DNA of 64,000 bases from positions 14,756,001-14,820,000 of the forward strand of contig JBHGNT010000018.1 of assembly GCA_043228905.1 (NCBI GenBank). Direction: 5' to 3'. The DNA is from Azolla caroliniana. Taxonomy: Eukaryota; Plantae; Polypodiophyta. The position numbers and the translations under genes are program-made. Below the pieces are notes generated by a model. That model made no database searches. It worked only from the letters and a program-made list of their open reading frames with translations, and was not told where the DNA came from. Shown here in pieces: positions 24,594-35,350 of this stretch (position 1 is the first letter of the stretch; each line of letters opens with the position of its first letter).

Positions 24594-25048
24594 AGCTTGC
24601 AGAAACACAGAGGGAGAAAGAGAGGGAGAACAATGTCTTAATTATAAATCAATAACGATTACAACCGGCAAGCCGGGACAGACCCCACTTAGGCGAACAC
24701 ACACACACACACGATGCTCACGCACGCACACCGCCTGACTGTACAGTGGAGCCTTTGCGCCATTGCAACCTTGTTTTCATCAATTTATTCTCTGTCCTTT
24801 CGGGCAGAGATACTCCTTGATTTCCTAGACATTCAATGCGTCACATCTAGTCTCTTTGCTCCCACCGTCCTACTCGTAGTTATTTACAAGGTATCAATTG
24901 GTGTGGGAAAGTGCAAGCCCGGGTCATGCACCTTGCTTCGCCGATTCCGCTTCTAGCCGGTTTTCTTCACGACATCCGCCCCCACTAAACCGCGCATCCA
25001 CCAGTATGCACTGGAGAGGGACAGATACCATAGAAAACCGGCTCGCGT

Positions 25049-28000
25049 TCACTCGTCGCCCTCCGGACTATCGACATCCCTAAACCGATCGTCATCGTTA
25101 TCGCTCCCCCGATCTGGCTCGTCTACGTACCGCTTCTTGAATGCTTTAATCCGCTTCCCGGCTACCGGCACCGCCAATCGTGTCCCGTCGAGCTCTGCAA
25201 GATGGTATGTGCCGTTGTCGTTCGTGCTCGTCACCGCATAGGGCCCGAACCATTTCCGGGCCGCCTTGTGCTGGTTGTCGAGGTTGCTATCGTAAATCAA
25301 CACCCTGTTGCCTTCCTCGATCTTCTGTGGTCGTAGCCAGTGCGTCCTATCGAACCGGGCTTTGTTCAGTTCCCTTGTTGCGCGCAAGTTCTCCTTTGCC
25401 CATTCCACATCCTTCGGCCTCTGCTCAAGTTGCCGGATCCGTGCCGCCAACAACTCGTCCCGGCTCATTTCGTTCTTCCAGCCCACTGCAGCCCACGAAG
25501 AAATTGTCGTTCCACCGGCATGACCGGCTTTTGCCCGTACATTAGTTCCGCCGGCATGAACCCCGTTACCAAACTGTGCGTCGTCCGGTCCACCCACAAC
25601 GCATAGGGTAAGAGCCGCGGCCAATTCCCGACTTGGCCTCACGCCCGTAGTGACGCTTTGACGATCGGCCCGTGTCTGTGTTCCACCTTCCCGTTAGCCT
25701 CCGGATTGTACGCTGTGGTGAGAGAGAGTTTAACCCCTAGCCAGTCAAATAGCTCTTCCGCCTCTTGTGCGTCCAATTCCCCACGGTCGGCCACGATCTT
25801 ACCGACGCACCCGTACCGGCATACCACATCTTCGATTAGAAACTGGCACACGACCGAGGTCCTTTTGTTCTGCAACGCTCGGCCTTCCACCTAGTTCGTC
25901 AGGTCCTCCCGAGCCAGCACCATATATCGCATCTGCCCTACCCCCATCGGCATTGTCACCAGATCCACCATCCACTTGAAGTGGACGGTCGGAGGGTAGG
26001 GCGGGTGAAGCTCGTCTCGATGTCGGACTATGGAGTGCATCTGACAGCTTTCGCAAGTCGTCACAAACCGAGGCACGTGCCGGTATAGTCTCGGCCACCA
26101 GTACTTCCCCTTCAACTTCTCGAATGTGGCCCATGTCCCGTGGTGTCTAGCCCAAGGGCTGTCGTGATATGCCGTAAGCAATGCTCTCTACTCGTCTTCC
26201 CTCGCCACGTGGAGTGGGGTGCCGCTACACTTCTTTGGATGCCTCCATATGCATCCTCCTCGTAGGAAGAACTGGTACCCTTCTTCCGCAGCCGATTGGC
26301 CTCTTCTCTAGTCCACGTCGTGTCCGACGTCGTTGTGCGTAGGAACCTTCCTATCTGGATCCACTCCCCGTCGTGTTCGCTCTCATCGAACTCGTTAAGC
26401 GCCGGAGTGCTCCCCGTCCTAGTTGCCACGTTAGTTGACCCGAAGAAGTCCTCGCCGACTTCCTCGTTATCCGAAACCATGCCGTCCTCGTCACTGAACC
26501 TCGCCCTTGAAAGCATAGTGACCATGGAATTATCCTTTTCGGAGATGTGCCGTATCTCCGGGTTCAGGGACTTGATGTATGCGATCCACCTGAGCATCGC
26601 CAGGTTCGGAGTCGCACATCTGGAGACCATACCTAGAATCGGTAGGCAGTACGTCTCGATGATCACTTCCGTCCTGATCAGATAGTCCTTGTCGGCTTTG
26701 GCTACCGAAACGATACCCCATAGCTTGCGTTTAGCTTGGGCGTATCCTCGCTGCCGCTTGCTCAATACCTTCGCCCCGAACCGGATCGGGAACCGTACAC
26801 CGTCCTTGTCCTCCTGACTGATCACCCACCCGATCCTAGTCGGGCTCGTGTCCATCGTCACGTAGATGGGGACTTCCTTGCCGTAAACCGCTTTCCGGAG
26901 AGCCGGTGCCACGGCGAGCGCCTCCTTCAGTCTCCGAACCGCCTCTGTGTGCTCCATCTTCCTCTCAAACCTACGCCCTTTCTTCAATAGCCCTTAGAGC
27001 GGTTCCGCGACATGTGCGTAGTGCGGAATCCAGATATGGTAGAACACGCACACACCCAAAAATCAGCGGACCTCAGTAACTGACTCGCAATCGTCCTTCA
27101 TCACGGAGATGGCTTCTACCTTTGCCGGGGACGGTTTCCGGCCGTAGGGCCGGTGACCGATTACCAAGATCTCCGTCTGCCCGAACGCTGATTTCTCTTT
27201 AGAGAAGGTGAGCCACATGCTCTCGAGCCTCTGCAACACCTTCTTACCGTCGTTGATGTGGTTCACAACGAACCTCCGGCATCCGTCCGGCCCAACCGTA
27301 TCGTCCGCGTCCTCCACCGGACACCCCTTTATCGGTACGTCGTCGAGGAATGACATAGTGATGTTCGGGATGTAGTCCCTTAACACCTTGTTCATCGCAT
27401 TCACCATGTGCGCCACCGAATTGGTTCCTCCTTGCGGTAGGGTACAAATCCGCACCAAGCCGAGAGGAGTCCACATTGTCGTGATGTCCCTGCTCTCTAC
27501 GGCTCGTTGGAACTGGTCGTACCCTGAGTATAAGTCACCGACCGAATAGATCGACCTCTCCGCGAAGGCCTCCGCAAAATCGTCTATGGTCGGCCCGATT
27601 CCTGCGTTACGGATGGTCACCTTGTTGACCGGTTGTAGGTTCTGTACGAAGCGCAACGTGCGGTTCTTCTTTGGCACCGTGAACCACTGATTCGAGTATG
27701 GGGCACTCGACGGTTCAAGGATACCCATATCCACCTTCTGCTTCAGTAGCTCCATCAACATCGGGATGTGAGCTCTGGGCACCGGAATTGGCTTGAGATT
27801 CCATGACACATGCGGTACCGTGAAGATCACCATTGGCTCGACGATGGTCGGGTCTACGCACCCGATCTCCTCCGGCGAGAATGCGAAGGCCTTCCTGTAC
27901 CTCCCGAGCATCCTCTGAAACCGATCCTCCTCCTCCGGCAGTAGAAAGCCAACCCCACCAACCTTGACCTCCCGTAGTGTTATGTCGGTGAACCGGTGCC

Positions 28001-29021
28001 CTATGCCGGCTGGATTTTGTAAACTTGTGTCCGACGCGACCCCCTTTATCGGCTCTCCGCTGCCCTCCGGCAAGGGTGCCGCAACTGGCCTCACCTTCCG
28101 GTCCACAGTCTTGTACTTTGTATCCACGCGGGCCGTTCGATCCGGCCCGATCCTCTCCCCGAAGTCCGCGATGACTTCGTACATACCCGTCGAGCTAACC
28201 GGAACGGTCCGGTCTTCGCTAAGGCCTTTACCGACCACCTCTCGTAATTCGCACAAGATGTCGTCAAAAGAGACCGCCTCCACGGCACCGCTAATTTCTT
28301 CGTCGAGGGAGAGGACTCCACACTCCCTAAGTCGTCTCTCTGCCTACTTCCTCTCTTGGCTACTGATGCCGATTAGTGTCCAACCTCCGTTTTCGGAGAG
28401 CCAAAATTTCCTACCTATAATACATGTGTGGGGTCTTCCGGTGTCGCGTTGTTACGCGCGTGCGTGTAGAATGGGCAGGACCACAGGGGTCTCGGACTAG
28501 GGAGTAGAGGAGAAAGAATAAGATATGATATGGAGGCTTAGCTCAAGAGGAGAAGAGGAAAGAATAAGACCATGATATAGAAGGAGAGATCGGCGGAGGC
28601 AATATGCTCAACAAGTTATATTAAAACAAACGAATGGTTACAACAATGGTGGCCACATGGGCCGCACCAAACTTATGAGAAAACCCTAACCGGGGATGAA
28701 CAAGGAGACCCTAAACGAAACCCTAACCCTAAAATGGTAAGAACTCTACACTAAGTGGTATACCTTTCATGCGTAAAATAGGCAACCCCGTCATAAGTGA
28801 CCCCTCCCTTCCTTTTATAGCCCAAGGAGGGAGGGACCTTACAATGTGGGACAAAAATTTCCCCTCTCTTTCTATACACCATATCCTAGTATACATGTGC
28901 ACATGTTGCACACCACCGACTTGCCCTTTCCACCCCAGTTTCCGCCTATGGATGAAAATCTTCACGACACTGGGGTGTCCGGACTATCGTGGCTCCACGT
29001 CTTGATAGCCCTTTCTAAAAA
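25049..29021 (-). pseudogene. Gypsy copy 3 pol (RT-RNase H-integrase), degenerate and interrupted by a solo LTR
   Basis: ORFs 27063-28283, 26112-26987, 25891-26181, 25639-25890 and 25049-25642. Confidence 0.9.
28442..28969 (-). mobile_element. Solo LTR of a related gypsy (528 bp)
   Basis: TGTCG...CTTCACGACA, the same terminus as the other gypsy LTRs here. 4-bp TSD CCGG/CTGG, telo-box repeats and a minus-strand TATA near 28815. Confidence 0.88.
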
Positions 29022-31142
29022 TTCCCTCGGCTGTCGGCGCCGAGGGTCTCACGGTTTCGCTTGTGGTTGGGTCGCACTGTCATGAATTGTACGGAATGCC
29101 GACCGTCTTGGCTCTTGACGCGTGCATACGCTGAACAGTTGTCCAGTACTTTCGTCTCTGCGTGCTGTCGTAATGTACGGTTCGCCAAGAATTACCGGGT
29201 GCGAGGAAGTCTCCTGCACGAAGAAATGATGATCTATCTCGACGTCGCCGATCTTCACGCGTACGTTCGGGCACGCACCATGCAACTCCTCTGTAGCGCA
29301 CGTCGCCGCGCGTATCTTCCACTCGTGCTTGGTGTTGATCGGCCATTTCCCCTTTTTATAGAAATCCATGAACATCAGGTTAATCTCTGAACCATGGTCT
29401 ACCAATGCCACCACCGGCTCCTGGACGTCGCCGATCTGAACAGGGATTTCTGTAGGGGCCCTAGCCTAATGCGGCTTGGCGTAGTGGTTTTTCGCCAACT
29501 CATCCTCTAGGGCCATGTCTTCTAAGTGCGTCGTCCGCACTTCCACCGGCCTCTTCAGTTCCGGCTCCGTCGAGAGCCTCTTCCGCTTTACCAAGTCCAC
29601 GATGGAGTCGTGGAACTCCTTGGCGATTCCTAGCACCTCCCGTAGTGACAGCTCAACCTTACTGTCGAGAATTCTCTCTTCTAGGACCTTCCACAGGTCC
29701 ATTGTTCGGTCGATTTCGGTGCTCAGTCGGAAGTCAACCTGCTTCTTTTTCTCTGGCACGCCGTCGTTGGTGGCCTCATTTGTCTTCGGTCCAAATCGGG
29801 TCTCGTAGCGCTGCGAGTGCCCGGCCCCTCCGGCCTTTCCCGCGCGCTTGTCTTCTACTAGAACCTCGTAGTTCTAGCATGCGGCTGCAAAAAAGCCAAT
29901 CTTTTCTTCCATCGGGTCGTCCCATCCGGTGCTCTCCTGGATCCGCTGTTCCGCGCAGTTTGCCTCTTCCTTCTTCAGCCGTACTCTGGAGAGACCCTCT
30001 AGCACCAGCGGCTAGAATCCAGAGTCCTTCGCTTTCTGGGCCTCATCATCCCCGACCCGGAATCCTGCCGACGTCGAGTAGGTAACGGCCTGTGCATGTT
30101 GTGCCACGGCCTCTTCCATCAACCGCTTCATTCCACCACACGCCGTATTCAACTCTAGGGCTTTCCGGGTCTTGCTCGCGTGCACCCACCCATTCCAGAG
30201 GTACACCACGTCGGTCCCAAGCGCCTCGGCGAAATCCGCGCATTCTTTCCGGATGTGGCCAACCGCGTCGCACCACATGCACCGTTGCCCCGCCGGCGGC
30301 CTTCGGTCACGAGACTGTTCGCCGTTGTCCCTCCGGGCCTGTGCGATTTGGAGATCTCGCACCATCTGCGACAGCTCTTCAAGAGTCGCGCCTCCAGAGG
30401 GACCTTTGACCACTCCGCTTCGGGTTGATCCCGTCTAAAGCCAACTCCAAGTTTCTTCCTTCCTAGTCGGTACCGACACCGGCTCCTCGAGCTCCCTCGC
30501 TGGGACCGGCCTTGCCGCCAACGAGCCCTCATCGCTCCACTCACGCTGCTTGTCGAAATGACCGCAGACCCTCCTTACCATGGCCCAGTCTGCCGTGAGC
30601 CCTTCATCCGTTTCCAACAGGAGACCCACCTTCTCCCGGTCCATGGTGTCCACTGACTTGACGAATAGTAGAACCCGACTTGTGTCGAGCATGGTCCGGT
30701 CCAATGTTGACAGCCGTGCGAACCGTTTCTCGAACTCTTGGAGGAGAGCTGACACGTTCCTCCCCTTCCCAAGGCTCTCAACCCACGTCATGAAGTCTCG
30801 CTTCGACAACCGGAGCGAGTCATCAAACCCATACATCTCGAGGAGCCGCAACTCAAACTCCTCCCAAGTCTGGCACTCGGCCAACACCTCGAGCACCTCT
30901 GCGTGGATGCTCGGCGTCAACACCGGAGGGAATCTGGACATCTGCCTGTTCACCAAGATATTCCTCATGATCATTTCGGCCTGGTAGGCCTCCAAGTAGG
31001 TTGTGGAATTCTTCCCACCGAATCGACCTATGGTGCCGATGATCAACTTAATGGCCCTATCGAGGGCACCCGTTCCCTCGCAAGTGCTCACTAGCCGGTC
31101 GACGGCTACGACCATAGCTTCAGCAAGCTCGGATCCCCTCAT
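29015..31142 (-). pseudogene. Gypsy copy 3 gag-protease, degenerate
   Basis: ORFs 30435-31142, 30012-30413 (CMWCDAVGHIRKEC), 29466-29759 and 29049-29414 (ALVDHGSEINL). Confidence 0.9.
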
Positions 31143-31165
31143 CCTTCACTCCTTTGCCGCCTATC

Positions 31166-31182
31166 TCACGTCGGGTTCACCA
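31166..31182 (-). promoter_or_regulatory. Primer-binding site complementary to tRNA-Trp(CCA)
   Basis: TGGTGAACCCGACGTGA is complementary to the plant tRNA-Trp 3' end ...TCACGTCGGGTTCACCA and lies 4 nt from the LTR. Confidence 0.88.
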
Positions 31183-31259
31183 AATATGTCAGGTTGTTGC
31201 GCTCTACGCGTGTGGAAAGAGGCGGAACCGCGGGGGCCTTGTACCAAGGAGCGAGAGAA

Positions 31260-31297
<38 letters not shown>

Positions 31298-33720
31298 AGC
31301 TTGTAGAAACACAGAGGGAGAAAGAGAGGGAGAACAATGTCTTAATTATAAATCAATAACGATTACAATCGGCAAGCCGGCGACAGACCCCACTCAAGCG
31401 AACACACACACACACGATGCTCACGCACGCACACCGCATGACTGTATAGTGGAGCCTTTGCTGGAAGCACACGGGTTGTCCATGAAGCAGAGGCAACATA
31501 GGCCGAAATCCTGTAGAGAGAGATGAACAATGGAGGAGAGAGCTTGGTCCCGGTCCGACAACACTTCGTCCTCGCTCCCCAAAACGCGATTTTTTTCATC
31601 CACCTTCTTCCTTCCCTTTTATAGGCCGTCGAGGCACGCTATTGCACCCTTGTTTTCATCAATTTATTCTCTGTCCTTTCGGGCAGAGATACTCCTTGAT
31701 TTCCTAGACATTTAATGCGTCACATCTAGTCTCTTTGCTCCCATCGTCCTACTCCTAGTTAATTACAAGGTATCAATTGGTGTGGGAAAGTGCAGGCCTG
31801 GGTAATGCGCCTTGCTTCACCGATTCCGCTTTTGGCCGGTTTTCTTCACGACACCGTGGATTTCCCCATTTAGGGTTTCCACGTAAAACTGTGTGCATTG
31901 CATATTCTTGTTAGTTTGTTGCTTTCGGTTTTGAATTGTGTATTCTGCATATCTTTCTCACAGATATTCGATTACATCCCAACAAACTAGTATCAGAGCT
32001 TGAGGTACAAGCATGGAAGGAGGTGTGAGTGGGTTCCCAAGTATGATAGTTCTAAACTCTCAGAACTATGTAGACTAGAAGATGAAGATGTAAGACCTTC
32101 TCATAGTTAAAAGACGTGTATGAGCCCATCGACAGAGTAGAAATATACATGGGGGTATTAGAGTCTAAATGGAAACTTCTGAATAGAAAGGCGGTGGCCA
32201 CCATCAGACAACGCGTCGATGTAAGTGTCCTTGTCCTTCAGCATGTGGCGAATGACACAAATGCCCACGAGATGTGGCAGAAGCTGTCAGGTCTATATGA
32301 GAGGAAGAACGCCCTCAACAAAACATCCTTGATGAGAAAGATTGTGAGGTTGATGTATAGGGACGGAGAAAGCATAGTGGAGCATGTAAGCACATTCATG
32401 GGGTATGTGAACCAGCTTGCGGCCACCAAGTTTCCTCTTGAGGATGGAATGCATGCCATTCTACTACTGTGTACCCTATTGGACAGCTGAGAGAATGTTG
32501 TGGTGACTCTTAGCACCTAGTGTCAAGAAGAGAACTTGTCTCTACAAGTGGTAAAGACAAGCATCTTGAACAAGGAGACAAAAAGGAAGGACAAGAGTGT
32601 CCTGTCTCAGTTGGAGTCAAACTTGAATCAACATACTGGCACAGGAAGGAACCGACAAAGAAGTCCACAAAGGAGGGACAAACCTCATGCCAAGTCCAAG
32701 TCTAGAGGCAAACTAACATGCTTCTATTGTGGAAAGTGTGGACACTTCTAAAAGGACTGCCAACACCTTAAGAAGAACAAAGGTGTCGGTAATTATGTCA
32801 AACCCAAGAAGATTCCTGATGAAAAGGGCACATCAGTCGTAGCTACATGTGTAGAGGAGATCCTGCTCATTTGTGAATAGGCAAGCAAAAATCTTGCAAG
32901 TGAAGAGTGCACATGGGTGATTGACTCTGGAGCATCATTTCATATAACTCCCTCGAGAGAATGTTTCTCGACTTACATAGCCGGTGATCATGGCTATGTA
33001 AAGATGGGAGATAACGGAGAGTGCAAGATAGCTGGCATAGGAAGTGTAAGCCTGATGATGTCGACAGGTTGTCGACTGAACTTGAGGGAAGTTCGACATG
33101 CCCCAGATATTAGATTGGATCTGATATAGATTGGAAGGTTGGAAGATGAAGGCTATAGTGGTAGCTTCCGAAATGGAAACTAGAAATTCACCCGTGGAAA
33201 CCTCATAGTGGCCCGAGCACAGAAAGAGGGCACACTGTATATGATGCATGCCCGACTGTGCAAGTTGGAAGCAAAAATGGCAACTGACTCGAGTGGAGAG
33301 TTATGGCATAAAATGCTAGGTCACATGAGCGAAAAAGGAATGTATATCTTGGCCGACTAGGAACTTCTCCTAGAAGGGAAAGGAGTGCAATTGGAGAAGT
33401 GTGTTGATTGCTTAGTCAAAAAGTAGAACAGAGCAACATTCCACACAAGACCACCGAGAATAAGAGAAGTGCCACTGGAACTGGTACACACCGATGTGTG
33501 CTATGTAGATGCTCCATCGCACCGAGGTGGAGAGTACGTCGTGATGTTCATTGACGACTATAGTCAGAAGACATGGGACTTCGTACTGAAGTCAAAGGAT
33601 CAAGTACTGTCAATGTTCAAGGAGTTCTAGGCAAGGGCTGAAAGAGAGTCAGGTCGGAAGTTGAAGTTGTCCGAAATGATAACGGTGGCGAATATAGAGG
33701 GTAGTTCGAAGAATACTGCT

Positions 33721-35350
33721 TGAAGGCCCAACGTATTTGAATCGAACCTTTCAACACACATGCAAATGGTGTTTGACAGATCATCAATCATCTCTGTCTC
33801 ATTTGAGTATTAACACATTTGCGTTCACAAGAGGAAGGATCACGCACAAATGGAAGGATAAGGAATATTCCGTCTGATTTTGGGGCTTTTTTGGCCATTT
33901 CACAAAACACCTTGATACCAGTACTACATGTTCTCAAAAACTTGATGAAAAAGCCAAACTTTTCACCATTTGGTAAAATTGAAAAATGCCAACTTTTGGC
34001 CAAATACGAAAAGAAACTTTGTGTATTTTTAAGGAGAAATTACAACTAGTAGTATTTTAGATCCTAATGAAATCATAAGCGAAAGATTTCAAAATAATCA
34101 ACTTTTTTTTTCCCAAACAAAAACTCCTTCCATTAGTCAACTTTTTTATTTCATTCGATAAAATGTTGTCTAAATTTCTTACATATTGTTGCACAAAAAA
34201 TACATTTAGGAGTTATTTGCATCACCATCATCATTCCTTTCATGAGAATCACGACTATAGCTAATATACAATTGTGACTCTTCCTCCTCATTTTCAAATG
34301 TACCAATCAAATCATTGTCTTCACTAAATGGTGTCTCCAAATTGTGTGCACTAAATCTTGTTCGCCTTCAATCAGAGATATCTTCTAGTCTTGGTAATAT
34401 CTTTTTTATTATGTCTATCGTTGTTGTCCTTAAACATCCAACTTTTGTCAGTGTAAAGTCATACACAATGATATCCACCTCACTAATGTCAATGATAGAT
34501 GTATTACAAAAGTTTGATGCATCACCACATCCAAAACTTTACCAATGCAGAATTAGTGCCCTAGGTCATGGCCATCTACATGTGTAGCTATTAATATCCC
34601 CACCTTGAGTTCTTGCAAGTTTCCTTGTCACCTGAGTTATGCTCGTGTTGTCATCCTTAGTTCCACATAAATGTTTCTCTCTTGTACATGAACCAAACTA
34701 TGAAGATCAACATTAAGTGCTTGAAGTGGTGATTAAGAACCACGAGAATATTTTGCAAGGTTGAATTACCATCAACACAATTATTAATGGTTTTTTGTTA
34801 ATCAATGAAGCACATGTTCACCATAAGGTGTCTTGTTGTGCAACATACTTCTTTGTAGCATCGATATGCATCTTTTCTCTTGGAAAAATAGAGATTTTAG
34901 TACAATTTGAGTTCATGTAAACCCTAAACCTCTTTTATTTGAAAAAAAAGAAGATTTCTAAACATGAACTCCATACATTGTATCGAGTTGATGTAAAAAC
35001 CAGAGTTTTGATCACAATTAAATACAATGTATTAAATTCATGTTCAAAGTTTTTTTCTCAGATTTAAAAAAATAAAAAAATAAAAATAGAGCTTGAGTTG
35101 ATGAAAAAACTAGTTTTTTCACCATAATTCAATACAATGTATAAAGTTCATGTTTAAAGTAATTTTTTAAAATTGTTTTCAATTTTTTTTCAAATATTTT
35201 TGAATTTTTATTTTGGGAAAAAAAACTTTAAACATGAATTCGATACATTGTATCGACTTGTGATGAAAACTCTAGTTTTTTCATCACTTCAAAATTAAGA
35301 AAAAAACAAACAAAAGACCCAAAATAAATAGAAAAAAAGAAAAAACTTTA
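33721..35350 (-). other. AT-rich remnant, possibly of a DNA transposon: decayed minus-strand coding fragment plus nested inverted repeats
   Basis: Minus strand ~34206-34620 gives ELKVGILIATHVDGHDLGH*FCIGKVLDV and IIVYDFTLTKVGCLRTTTIDIIKKIL plus an acidic tail. Palindromic AACATGAA..ATACATTGTAT repeats at 34900-35300. It truncates copia D on the left and the copia C LTR on the right. Confidence 0.4.

Larger units (their letters stand above)
24483..31853 (-). mobile_element. Full-length Ty3/gypsy copy 3, tRNA-Trp primed, no chromodomain (Phygy/Selgy-like by inference)
   Basis: Perfect 4-bp TSD CCGT (24479-24482 and 31854-31857). LTRs 24483-24974 and 31187-31853, PPT at 24975-24991. Domain order gag, CCHC, PR, RT (DLYSGYDQ, FLDD), RH, INT (WWPRLY..CESC, ADRGE, PEANGKVE). 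Confidence 0.96.
23921..33720 (+). mobile_element. Ty1/copia D (Tork-like): 5' LTR split by gypsy copy 3 (23921-24482 and 31858-31984), degenerate gag-PR-INT, 3' part lost
   Basis: TGTTAGG start and ...CCCAACA end. PBS TAGTATCAGAGC at 31988. ATG at 32013 (MEGG...). CFYCGKCGH and WVIDSGASFH, with many stops. Confidence 0.9.

Noticed and set aside
25049-25200. Chromodomain at the gypsy integrase C-terminus
   Set aside because: The ORF ends in a short acidic tail after KRIKAFKKRY, with no YLVKW-type motif.
28680-28735. Interstitial telomere
   Set aside because: Only scattered AAACCCT units inside a solo LTR.
31166-31182. Match to the tRNA-Trp 3' end
   Set aside because: Only 17 nt, next to an LTR. 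It is a PBS, not a tRNA gene.
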